A program made the translations under genes and the position numbers. Of a DNA stretch of 64,000 nucleotides, positions 11,613-24,030 are shown piece after piece (within the stretch, counting starts at the first letter, position 1; each line of letters begins with the position of its first letter). The notes beneath the pieces are model-generated. The model did not search any database. It was not told the origin of the DNA and was given only the letters and a program-made list of their open reading frames with translations. The stretch lies in contig NC_043006.1 of assembly GCF_006345805.1 (NCBI RefSeq), positions 47,926,001 through 47,990,000 on the forward strand, given 5' to 3'. The stretch comes from Octopus sinensis. Taxonomy: Eukaryota.

Positions 11613-11949
11613 GTGAAGGCGAATGGCTCAGTTGTTAGAGCATCGAGCTTCCGATCGTGAGGTTGTGAGTTCGAATCCCAAACCGGGCTGCGTGTTGTGT
11701 TCTTGAGCAAGACACTTTAGTTCACGTTGCTCAATTCACTCAGCTATAGAAATGAGTTGCGACGTCACAGATGCCAAGCTGTATCACCTCCTTTGCCTTT
11801 CCCTTGGATAACACTGGTGGCGTAGAGATGGTAGGCTTGTATGCATGGGCCACTGCTGGTCTTACATAAACAAACTTGCCCCGACTAGTGCCTGGGAGCG
11901 TAACTTTCTAGGTGCAATCCCATGGTCCATCATGGCGGAAAGGGTTCTC
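11613..11949 (+). mobile_element. tRNA-derived SINE family F with 11-bp TSD
   Basis: A box TGGCTCAGTTG and B box GTTCGAATCC. TSD ATCTGTAATGT at 11602-11612 and 11950-11960. Confidence 0.9.
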
Positions 11950-11976
11950 ATCTGTAATGTATTTCTAGATACTAAT

Positions 11977-12107
11977 GGAGGCTCGTCGATTTTATGGTTA
12001 AGGTGTTGCATTAACGACTGTAAGATGGCGGTTTTGATCCCTGGACCGGGTGATCCTTGAGCAAAACAGGTCATTTTGCTTTGCTCCAGTCGACTCAGCG
12101 ATAGAAA
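11977..12107 (+). mobile_element. SINE family E head fragment
   Basis: GGAGGCTCG...GATCCCTGGACCGGG...GAGCAAAACAGGTCATTTTGCTTTGCTCCAGTCGACTCAGCGATAGAAA. Confidence 0.75.
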
Positions 12108-12670
12108 ATATTCTTTAAGTTAGTCAAATAGCTCCAATGTCATTCATGTATATATCCTATACGGTACTTCGTGTTAAGTCTTATGTAACACTTCATTATG
12201 CATGTTCCTCTTAATTTTAAGTGCCAAACTGTCACTATCAGGTTTTATCCAACCTAAATGGATAGAATATACAAAATCTACCTATTACTGAGATCACCGA
12301 AAGTGTGAACTCTTCTTTACATATGTACAACTCAAGTATGAATTTCAGAAATCATTATCAATAAAATATTCCCCTCTCTACGTTTTAAGAGGTGTATCTA
12401 TGTACTATTAACAAGAGGAATAAAGACGTAACATTTACAGAATATCTCAATATGTTATTATGTACAGTGTACATGCTGTTGGAAGGAACATTTCTCTCAT
12501 AGGTGCGAATATGGATGTATGTACTATAACAAAGTACCTGAAGATGTATCTATGTGTTATTTATATAAATAATACATGTGAAGTTTGTAGGTTTCAGATA
12601 AGTACTGAAGCGTTGAGAGTGCTTTAATGTATTACTGTACTGTACTATATAATAATATGCCATTAAGGAA

Positions 12671-12996
12671 TACTCTTTTTACTCTCTTTTACTTGTTTAA
12701 GTCATTTCACTGCGGCCATGCTGGAGCACCACCTTTAGTCGAGCCACTCGACCCCACGACTTATTCTTTGTAAGTCTAGTAAACACATACATATACATAT
12801 ATACATATACATATATACATATACATATATACGACGGGGTTCTTTCAGTTTCCGTCTACCAAATCCACTCACAAGGCTTTGGACGGCCCGAGGCTATAGT
12901 AGAAGACACTTGCCCAAGGTGCCACGCAGTGGGACTGAATTCGGAACCGTGTGGTTGGGGAGCAAGCTACTTACCACACAGATACTCCTGCGCCTA
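12671..12996 (-). mobile_element. SINE family A with internal deletion
   Basis: Same head and tail as 10369-10803. The segment between taagtctagt and the microsatellite is missing. Confidence 0.88.
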
Positions 12997-13829
12997 CCCA
13001 CACAGTCCTGCGCCTATCTGTAGATTTTAATCATTACTCTGTGAATAGAAACACGTAACGAACTAGTTTCCATGGACAGAAATGAGGGGTAGACAGACTA
13101 GCTCCAGCCCTTTGTTGGATTTCATGATCAACCCATTATGCTCTTTAACTATACAAGGAGTCACAGCTTCTACATCCCATTATTATTAAGTGCGTAAGTA
13201 ATTCAGAAAGATCGATATGCTCTACAATATAATCCAGTAATTCTGTATGTAATAGTTCAGCAGATTCTATTGTCCTGCACACTTATAAGCTTCAACATAT
13301 ATCTATTCTCAAGTGACGTTAATGGACACCAAGATCACTCTGGGGTATTTACATTCATTGAGTAAAAAAGTGAGATCCGCGCTTAATTGTTTTAGCTCCA
13401 CCGTTACGTATGTTTTGTCTAATTGTAAAGGAAAATTCTCTCCATGGTGAGAGCAGGTATAAATGAAGATGAATCGGAGCGATACTGTACGTCAATAAAA
13501 TCTCTTTGGGTGATCCATTCTAAATGTCTTATCTATAAACTAAGATACCAGTTATAGTTGTATGGGGTAAACATAATTGAGTGCCCTTCAATTCAAAATG
13601 TCTGGTTTTCTACCCGTGTAAGTACCAGAAGTTCTTTCAGATCAGGTGACACAGGGTGACCTCAGCAAGACATTCTGCTTCTTGTGCGTAATTTTCAAAA
13701 GGCTACATAAGACCAGCAGCTGGCGGTCAAATCTATGACAGAATAGAGTTTTGTTCAAGAGGAAAATGTTTCCCGCAACCATTTAAAATTTTACACAAAC
13801 GATAGTAGAGTATCATTAGAAATGGCAGT

Positions 13830-14134
13830 TGTTTTTTTTTGTTTGTTCCTTCTCGAGCCACGCCTGGCTCATTAGGGCCGGTTTCCCGGTTTCCTAGGTG
13901 TATAGGTTCCCCACCTGGACGGGACGCCAGTCCATCGCAGGTGAGCTGCAAGAGCAAAGATTGAGAGAAAGTTGTGGCGATAGAGTCAGCAGAAGTTCGC
14001 CATTACCTTCTGCAGGAGCCGCGTGGAGCTTAGGTGTTTCGCTCATAAACAAACACATCGCCTGGTATGAGATTCGAACCCGCGATCCCTCAACTGCGAG
14101 TCTGCTACTCTAACCACTAGGCCATGTGTCTCCA
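13830..14134 (-). mobile_element. tRNA-derived SINE family D with 13-bp TSD
   Basis: Head TGGAGACACATGGCCTAGTGGTTAG...GGTTCGAATCTC. 3' module CCTGCGATGGACTGGCGTCCCGTCCAGG...GAAACCGGGAAACCGGCC. TSD TAGAAATGGCAGT at 13817-13829 and 14135-14147. Confidence 0.92.
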
Positions 14135-14339
14135 TAGAAATGGCAGTAGATTGGAAGAACCTTTAACAATTCAGCGTAAATGATTTACGACATTTGTTCC
14201 ACTTCCCTACGTTCTGAGTTCAAATCCAATTGAAGTCATCATGGTTGTTATCCTGCAAAAATCGATAACTAGAAGTCGAGGACTTACATTGATGCAATCA
14301 AGTGTGCCCCCGCATGATTTTGCTGACCTTGTGCATACA

Positions 14340-14424
14340 AAATGCAGTTACATGTGTGTGTATGTCTGCTTGTGTGTGTATATATATATACAGGCGTGTG
14401 TGTACCAGTGTATATATGTATGTG

Positions 14425-14461
<37 letters not shown>

Positions 14462-14481
14462 TTGCGTGTACGTGTGTGTGT

Positions 14482-14542
<61 letters not shown>

Positions 14543-14655
14543 TATACATATAGTTATGTGTGAATGGAAACATGATCTTTATGGTATTTTTATTTCATTA
14601 TAGTTTAGTATTCCTTCATGCATTACATATTTCTCTCGTACATACATATATAAAC

Positions 14656-14718
<63 letters not shown>

Positions 14719-14743
14719 ATATATATATATATGTATATATATA

Positions 14744-14774
<31 letters not shown>

Positions 14775-14880
14775 GTATATATATATATATATATATCTAT
14801 ATATATATATATATAATATATATATACACATATATACACACTCATGCATACACACGCACACACACACACATACATATATA
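14340..14880. repeat. (TA)n/(TG)n microsatellite block
   Basis: Directly visible. Confidence 0.95.
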
Positions 14881-16368
14881 TTTTCCCAAAAATTTATTTT
14901 AGAATTTTAAAAGGCGGAAATCTAAATGTTTTCACGTTCGTGTCTAACTAGCCAAACATCCGGAAATGTGAGCAAAATATATATCATGCGATTCCAATCT
15001 CCTTTATAGCATACGCCCCATTAAACTACCACGGTGTTAGATCCTTAGTATAAATAATTTAAAATAATTTGCATACATTGAGATATACGAGTGTGTGTAT
15101 GTATGTGGTGTGTGTGTGCCTATGTGTTTCTGTGTTTATGTCAGTATACGCATGTGTTTGTGTGTATGTGTATGTATATTTGTAGATGTGCGTGTGAGTT
15201 GTAAACATTTATACATTTTCGTGCCATATTGACGTATGTACGTATAAACATATCATTAAATTCTTTGGATTATGGATATACAATATTTGTAAACGTATGT
15301 ATATGCTTGACTGCGTGTACCATGTTTGCATATCTTCCTATTTGTGTGAATGTTTGCCATGTATTTCGATGATATTTCTTCGTATAAGTAACGTTGTTTG
15401 ATTTTATTCACATTTTGGGGATCTCAAACAAAACAGGAGTGGAGTCTCGTATTTAAATATATTTATGAATGCATTGTATAAATGAATAAAACTGTGTTAG
15501 GTTATTGTCTCTTCTTGATATTTGCACATCACCATGAGCAGATATGTAGCATACGCTTGTAGGAAATATGTATAAAGACAGCTGATATTATATATGCATG
15601 CTAGCGAGCAATAAAAAAAATCCAGCTTGAAAACGAACGCAAATTTGTTCTGTTTTTCTTCCTTTACGTCGTAAGTTTGATGTTCTTATATCTTCACTAG
15701 ATTGGCAAAGTGAATAAATAGATTTATCAACACAAAATACAAAACAGTCATGCGTATTTCCATTGGGAGAATTATATTCACATAGACACACACACGTTTT
15801 GACACAACCACACATGTACGTACATATATATATATACACACAAACGCGTATATGTATTTCTTTATGTCTTATGTTATTATTTGTCACGAACCTGCTATAT
15901 ATAATATTCTAAACATTGTACAAGGTCTCGTAAGTTTTTCCTCATATCCTAATTCTGTGAACAGGAGAAATGATTGTAAAATTGTAGTAACCACAGTTTT
16001 GCAAGTGATAGATTTGCCTAAATCGCTTATAGTAAAATCTGTATAAATTTACATAAAAGGGCAGAATTTATTAAATAGCTATGGAAGAGCAGCAATAAAT
16101 TGTAGAATACTTTGCACTACTAAGAAAAAAAAATTCAGCTGTTTATACAAAATATATGAATTTCGGGGAAATAATAACTAGTGGCGGCAAGTAAGCGAAA
16201 CTGTATACTGTAACCCTGATTCGAATATTGCACACGGCTCAAGGATTACTAGCATACTCATTAAATAGTAATTCATGCTCGCACAGCACAAATACACTCA
16301 CACATTCACTATACAAATGCTCCGAAATATAAGTGTGTGGATAGATACATGCATTATATGTATAGACA

Positions 16369-16419
<51 letters not shown>

Positions 16420-16454
16420 GTATATATATATATATCAATCTATAAATATAATAT

Positions 16455-16763
16455 GTGACAATTATTCGGTAGCCATGATAAAACTCCGAGTTTCGGATGT
16501 CGGGGCGGAAACCCACACCGCTGTCTCTTTAGTTATCAGGCAATCGAAAAAAACAAATATGCTATGAAAATGACCGTTGTTGAACAAGCATTTTTTCGAT
16601 GGCCCGATAACTGAAGAGATAGCGGCGTGGGCTTCCACCCCGACATCCGAAACTCGGAGTTTTATCATGGCTACCGAATAATCGTCACCTATTATTACAG
16701 ATAAATTCTCTGTTTACATAATATCGAGATCTCTTTCATTCTTTTGTTGTCTTACCATTTCTT

Positions 16764-16765
<2 letters not shown>
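16455..16765. mobile_element. Fold-back repeat (98-bp arms at 16455-16552 and 16591-16688) plus a unique extension, probably PLE-derived
   Basis: Arms are reverse complements with few mismatches. The right arm recurs at 63726-63818. The extension (16690-16765) recurs in reverse complement at about 3755-3813. Confidence 0.75.
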
Positions 16766-16823
<58 letters not shown>

Positions 16824-16960
16824 GTGTGTGTGTGTTGTGTGTGTATATATATAATATATATATATACTATATATATATATATATTGTGAAATTTGATTTA
16901 GTATTTCTAAATTGAATTGTTCCTGTAAGTTTAGGAATAATATTCCTCAAATTATTATTA

Positions 16961-17014
<54 letters not shown>

Positions 17015-17030
17015 ATTATTATTATTATTA

Positions 17031-18388
17031 TTCAGTAGTTTTATTTTTATAGCGTGCTTTCACTTCACTACCGAGCTCTGTGTGCCTTGGGTATGTGCTG
17101 TGATTTGTTGTGATGCTCTGATGGTTATTGTATGGAAAGTGTTCTGCGTAGGATGTGTGCAGTGCCTAGTAGTGCAATTTTATGTATGTTATATGTGTTT
17201 GTAAGTCCTGGTGTTTGTGTTATGTATTTGTCTGAATATTTTTTTATCATGCCTAATGCACCTACTATGATAGGAATTGTTTCTGCTTTTAGATTCCACA
17301 TTCTGGTTACCTCTATTTTCCAGGTATTTGTATTTTGAGAGTTTCTCCGTTTCTTTTAGAGACACGTTGTCATCTGCCGGTATTGATACATCAATAGAAA
17401 GCATTATTTTCTTCATGATCTCTGAACTATATCTGGTCTGTTGGTCTTAATTTCTCTATCTGTGTGTATCGGCATATCCCAGAGTATGGTTGCTTTCTCG
17501 TTTTTTCTGTGACCTTTTCTGGTGTGTGCCTATACCATCTTTTTTCTGTTGTTATTCCATAATGTGGCATAGCTTCCAATGTATGTAGGTTCCAACTCTG
17601 TCATGTCTGTGAATATATTCCTTCTTAGCCAGGACTGGGCAGCTAGAGATAATATGATTATTGTTTCTTGTCCATCTCCATATTCTGCAGTTACTTGTTA
17701 TCTTTCTTTCATTACATGTTTTTGGTAATTTCTGGTGGGGAGGCTTTGGTCTGTGTGCTGCAATTAAAATCCCTCTGTCTCTGCTTTGAGTCCTGAGCTT
17801 CTCAACAATTGTTGGGATTTTTCTTTGTCTATTTCTTTTGCATTTAGTTTAGTCCAGGATTTGCCATGAAGCGGTTTTTCTTGCCATCGTTTTATCATGG
17901 TCTGTTGCTGTTCTAGTTTTAGTTTGGATTTCATTTGTTTTATAGCTTTCGTTGTTTCTTCTTCTTCTTCTTCTTCTTCTTCTTCTTCTTCTCTTCTTCT
18001 TCTTCTCTTCTTTTCTTTTCTTCTTCTTCTCCTCCTCCTTTTCTTCTTCTTCTTTCTTCTTCTTCTTCTTCTTCTTCTTCTTCTTCTTCTTCTTTTCTTC
18101 TTCTTCTTCTTCTCCTTCTTCTTCATATTTATTAGGTGGTATGATTCTTGTTTGTATTTGTCAGCTTCCTTAAATACTGAGAACAGTTTTTGTTTTGCTC
18201 GTGTTTTGCCGCTATTTGTATCAGTTTTTCCTTCCTTTTGAAGTAGATATTTTTGCAGTCCTATGGTGGTTATTTTATAGTAGTTTTCCAGTTGTATAGG
18301 CCTCTACACCTTCTATAGGTTGTATATATAGTCTTTCTATGTCAGATTTTGGGTGATGCATCCTAGATCGGGTGATGCATCCTAGATC
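17031..18388 (-). mobile_element. 5'-truncated R4/Dong-clade non-LTR retrotransposon (RT C-terminal region, CCHC knuckle, RLE endonuclease), frameshifted
   Basis: Joining frames by eye gives HHPKSDIERLY...GRGL, LKAETEGFLIAAQDQSLPTRNY, CRIxGDGQETINHIISSCPVLAKKEYIHRHD, RPDIV...IDVSIPADDNVSLKETEKLSKYK and IPIIVGALG...ALLGTAHILRRTL. 3' UTR ends ...AAAATAAAACTACTGAA(TAA)n. (TAA)n flanks both ends. Confidence 0.92.
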
Positions 18389-18447
<59 letters not shown>

Positions 18448-18506
18448 ATTATTATTATTATTATTATATGTTTTCATAATATATATATATATATATATGC
18501 ATATAT

Positions 18507-18596
<90 letters not shown>

Positions 18597-19629
18597 TGTA
18601 TAAACATATATATACACATATAGGTGTGTGCATATGCATGGAAGTGTTTGTGTGTGAGTATTTCCCCGGCACACACACACATCTATCACTCCTTCCTTTT
18701 TCTCATTGCTAATCTTTTGCATTGTTCTGTAGTCGGCGACTAAAATTTGCCCTCCACCAAGCTTGCTTGGCAAGGAAGGTTGCTAGAAACCCAGCAGGGC
18801 AATAAAAGTACCTGCCAAAAGGACGGATGAACCTATTGTAGGTTCATCGACCATCTAGCAATTTCAGTGGCTCTCAAATTCCAGTTTGGTATCCGAAGAT
18901 AGCTTAGCTGGCCGAAACTTCAAAGTTATTGTCAACAATACTATTGTATCAGAATAATAAATTTGTACTCTACAAAATATAGGGTAACCAATCAGGTTAA
19001 TGTAAAATTGTTTTTTATTATAAGAACAATATTAATACTATAACAGCATTACATTATTCTGTGTCACTATCTCTTCCTATCATCAGTTATTGATACTAGT
19101 GTTATAACTTAAAAATCATAAGTCGATTGCATTGGAATCCGTAGTCAAAAGCAGAACATTACCAGGTCCACTGTATGAGCTATTATCAGAAGATGACTTT
19201 GCGTCAGTTAGGATTCCCAGGTTTTTTTCCTAGAGATTAACAGATTCGCAATAGAAATGGAGACAGTTTGCGGAAAGAGAAATCTTCGCCACTGTGGAAC
19301 CTTTAATTTAGAGTCCCTGTCTATTCCGTTGACAATCCTAGTTGCAAGCAGATCAGAAATCAATCATGTTTTATGTTACATGAAGAAGTAAATCAAAGAA
19401 TGTATAAATATATCATTGCCTTATAAAATTATCTTTTTCAAGATGTTCCTTGTCAGCCAGGATAGGAAAAACCCATTGCTGACATTCACTCCTGTTTTTG
19501 TGTTGTAACGTCGGAGAGAAATGCATTTATTCGACATTGTAAGGATTAGTGGTATCCTTGTATCATACGGATGCTTCTTGCAATGCGGGACCGACGATGC
19601 GTAGCTACAAGCAGAGCTATTCCTTATAA

Positions 19630-19762
19630 TCCATTGAAGACAACAAACAGATGTATTAGTATAACGCTCGGAAAGTTAAAAAGTCTTTAACGTTTCCGCA
19701 GAAAAGAACACAGAAAGAAACAAGGAGAGAAAATAAAGAATGTATAGTGGCTAGCGATCTAT
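19630..19762 (-). mobile_element. Diverged fragment of the PLE 3' end seen at 24060-24240
   Basis: gcgctcggaaag...tctttaacgtttc...acacagaaagaaacaaggagagaaaa...gcgatct parallels 24090-24230. Confidence 0.6.
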
Positions 19763-19828
19763 CTTATTTATAATTTTAAATATATATGTACCACACACAC
19801 ACACACACACTATATATATATATATATA

Positions 19829-19869
<41 letters not shown>

Positions 19870-20296
19870 ATACATATATATATATAATATGTGTTGTGTG
19901 GGTGTGTTGTGTATAAATATATTATATATAAATTCCACGCGGAATTTGAACTCAGGCACCAGGGTGTGGTCATAGTGGGGCACTGGCTTGATGAGTATTT
20001 TTAACAGAATGTATAGGCCCAAATGGTAGTTTCTTAATTTTTGTATTCTATCGGTCGCTTTTGAACGCACTCGCCCAAGAGGTCACGCATTAGAAGTGAA
20101 CCCGGAGCCATGAGGTTGCAATGCAAGCTTCTTACTAGTCAGCTACGCCTATTTATATATGTGTGTGTGCGTGAACGCACATGTAGGTATACATGCATTT
20201 GTGTGCATGCTTGTATATATGTATCTAGTTATAATTATTATAGTGTTGTTATATTTATTATTATCGTTATTATTATTGTTATTAATATTATTATTA

Positions 20297-20358
<62 letters not shown>

Positions 20359-20910
20359 GAGAGAGCAGAGCATGCCATCAAAGTGACACTGGGGTAAAAT
20401 ATACGAAACCTAGTATACCCATCATGACTACCCGTCTGATAAGGGTACACCAAGTACAAGCATCACAACCATATGTGCGCGATATGGTGATCTCATATCA
20501 AGATAAACAGTGCCTGACCTTCCAGGTGGGGCCCACTTATAATTTTCTTCGGGTTGAGTAACCCATCCCGCTCGAAAGGTCCCTGAACAAGGGTTGTTTA
20601 AGGATGTTGAATGAAACACCCATGTTTCTAAAGGTGAATTGTCCAAACCCCAAATAATTCCTCTCGACATATGGCTATGATGGTCCCCCATTACTTCTGC
20701 TCATTATCAGAGATGCACATATTCTCAGCCACTAAGGAGCACGCATAACTGGTTAAGAACAAACAACTGACAAGCAAATCTGTGGTATTGAGCAGAATTT
20801 TTGGTGTAGCCCATCTTTTATACCAAGACAAAACAATATACATGATAACACTTCCAATCAGTTAAGATCAGAAGCCACGAGAGCCACCGCCTGGTACTGC
20901 ATCAGGGCAT
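20359..20910. mobile_element. Unclassified ~550-bp non-coding interspersed element embedded in (ATT)n
   Basis: High-complexity island flanked by (ATT)n at 20230-20358 and 20910-21390. An older partial copy lies at 4585-4715. No convincing ORF. Confidence 0.7.
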
Positions 20911-20912
20911 TA

Positions 20913-20958
<46 letters not shown>

Positions 20959-21012
20959 TTTATTATTTTTATTATTATTATTATTATTACTATTATTATT
21001 ATTATACTATTA

Positions 21013-21047
<35 letters not shown>

Positions 21048-21792
21048 TATTATTTTATTAATATTATTATTATTATTTATTTTTTTATTAATATTATATA
21101 TTATTATTATTATTATTATATTATTATGTAATTATTATTATTATTAATATTATTATTATTATTATTATTATATCATTATTTTATTATTATTATTACTAAC
21201 TATTATTATTATTATATTACTATTATTATTATTATTATATTATTGTTATTATCGTTATTATTATTATTTTATTAATATATTATTTTATTATTATTATTAT
21301 ATTATAATTATTATTATTATTAATATTATTATTATTATTATTATTATTATATTATTATTATTATTATATTATTATTATTATTATTATTTTCTAAATTTTC
21401 ATTAATTCCTTTCGTGTTGCCACTGCTGTCATTACTATTCTTTATCTTCTTGTATCTTCTTCTGTTCGCTTCTGCATGACTCAGCAAATTTGATGGTGAA
21501 AAACAGAAACATTTACACAATGGAAGTTTGTGATTCACGTTGACTTTGTGTTTCAGACAGAATTAATTATGTAACACGAACGAGAACTAAATTCATAATA
21601 AAAGAAAGAAAATAAATAAATAAATAAATAAATAAATAAATGAAGGCTTGATTCAGCCTTTCGTCCCTTCGCAAAATTTCTCTGTATATGTGTGTCTCTC
21701 TTTTATTCTCTTTGGTACCTGATTGTTCTATTCTTTTCGTCTGAACGTACGTGCGTGTTTCGTATGCTAGACATATATATACAGATATATAA

Positions 21793-21832
<40 letters not shown>

Positions 21833-22320
21833 TATATATATAGATATCTATATATATATGTATATATATGTATATATATATACATATATATTACATATAC
21901 ATATAGATATATATATTTATATATATATTTATATATATATTTATATATGTTATATATATGTATACATATATGTATATATATATGTGTATATATATATATA
22001 TAATATATATATATATATACATATATACATATATATGTATGTATATATGTATATGTATGTATATATGTATGTATACATACTTTTATATATACATATATAT
22101 ATATATATAGCATTTATATATATATATGTATACACATATATGTATAGCATATATATATTTATGCATATGTATAAATAAGTATAATGTGGGTGTGTGTCTA
22201 TACAGGCATGTATATATGTATATGTATATATATATATATAATATATTAATAAATAAAACATATACATATATATATATACATATATGTACGTACCTACCTC
22301 TACATGTATATATGCACGTA
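20910..22320. repeat. (ATT)n tract 20910-21390 and (TA)n tract 21765-22320
   Basis: Directly visible. Confidence 0.95.
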
Positions 22321-22324
22321 TATA

Positions 22325-22700
22325 TGAGTACAGGACACCAAAAACGTCGAACACAATGAGAAATGAAAACATAGACACAAAGCCAAGGAACTCGACATTT
22401 TTCTTAAACAACAAAAAAATAGAGTACAGGACAAATAATACAAGGAATAAACCTCTTCTTCAGTCGCCATGGTTTCATCTAATCTACGTTTCGAAGGTGA
22501 AGGCGAGACGTATCTTCGACAGAAACTTTCCTTCCTGCGAAAAGCAAAGCAAATAAAATTTGAGATCTTTTTGCAGAGAGGTTAAAATGGTAACAAAAAC
22601 AGGACAGTAACGACAGTACAAAATATAAGCAGTAAAAGACAGGACAAGGAAAATAACAAGACAAAAAGGGCTGTTAAGCCGAACGAAAAAAAGTATTACG
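22325..22700 (-). mobile_element. Probable PLE-type terminal repeat with hammerhead-like core words
   Basis: Minus strand CTGTCGAAG...CTTCGAAACGTA-gattagatgaaaccatggcga-CTGAAGAAGAGG. Similar layout to 61970-62612. Confidence 0.45.
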
Positions 22701-22819
22701 AACGCTATTTCTGTGGAATATATATATATACATACAGAGAGTGAGAGAGAGAGAGAAAGAGAAAGTGAAGAATGTAAGCGAGAGAGAAGGAGAAAGAAGG
22801 GTGAAGGAGGGAATATCAA

Positions 22820-23600
22820 TTCGGTTTTAAACCTAGGCGAAGCGCAGTTGATGCCATTTGTTTAGCCAGACAGATCAACAAATTAGAAAATATATTAAGT
22901 GTCCTTGCTCTTCAACTTCATTGCATTTAATGCCGACTACGAAGCGATCTGGCAGATTATTACAGTAATAGGTATAGCCTACAGGACAGAACGAATTATA
23001 GAGACTTTAGACGTGAATATTGTCAGTTGATAGACGGGTTTAAAAGGGGTGTGTGTGGCCATCCTACTTTGGCACTTTCCTGTTGTTTTTTTTTTTTTGT
23101 TTTTCATGGAACACTCAAATATTTAACGAAAATATCTGTCACTCATTATCGTCATGTCCATAGTTATAAGTTATCCTGACACAATCCGCATACGTAACGT
23201 CTCTGATAAATTGATTGTATCTACGAATTATTTGGGTGAAATGTAAAAGAAAAATGTATTATGTTATTAATTGACGGAAATATATTATCATTGAGGATAG
23301 TACTGATGTAGGAATTTTCACATATGTTTATCTGCTGTATAATACCGAATGGATGAAATTGCCTGAAAATCTGGGATGCGTTAACAACTCTAGTATTTAG
23401 AAGACTAAGAAACACGATCCGGAACAGGTGGGATATAAACCTTTCCTTAGAAGTCAGCCTGTAACGCATTCTTATTCTTTTATTATACACCATTGCTATT
23501 TAGGCTTTAGACGAAAGTTTCTTGTTGTACGGTGGTACAAACATAGCACAAGTCGTTTCAAATTCTGTGCCCGTCAATACTAAGTGCTTTTGTTGTAAGA
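22820..23600 (+). mobile_element. Heavily degraded RTE-like LINE reverse-transcriptase remnant
   Basis: Short frame segments GFKPRRSAVDAICLARQINK, IWQIITVIGIAYRTERIIETL and VFRRLRNTIRNRWDINLSLEVSL*RIL occur in the order expected for RTE RT (GFRxGRSTxDxIF..., LWxIL...GI..., AFxRL...IW...). Many stops and frameshifts. Confidence 0.65.
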
Positions 23601-24030
23601 AAGGCATGGAAAATCTGTGAGAATAAACCGTTCCTGACGGTAGAGATCACAGGTTGCAAAGCTATATATAATAGAGCGTAGAATAGAGGATCAAAAAACT
23701 TCCTTGGATGGATGCACAGTAAACTTCACGTATGACTTGTGGAACATATATTCCTTGTTACCAGATTTTTATACCGTAAGCAACATGAAAATCTCGGTTA
23801 CAAGAAAGTTCTAAAATGATCAACAAGCATCCGAAGTTTCTTTGCCATAATGTTAGAACGCTCGGCATTTTTACAGAGAATTCCTATTCGACTCTCCCAG
23901 GCAGTCCCAGGCTTCTTTTCGATCCAAGTGTTTTTTTTTAAAATTCAATATTCCATACCTTATTCTTCATATATTTACCTTCGTCGTGTTCCACCTTGTA
24001 TGTCTGTACGTATATATATATATATATATA

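Noticed and set aside
20800-20910. HDV-like ribozyme at the end of the 550-bp (TAA)n-embedded element
   Set aside because: I could form only a simple bulged hairpin (TGCCCTG...CAGGC), not the nested P1/P2/P3/P1.1/P4 pseudoknot.
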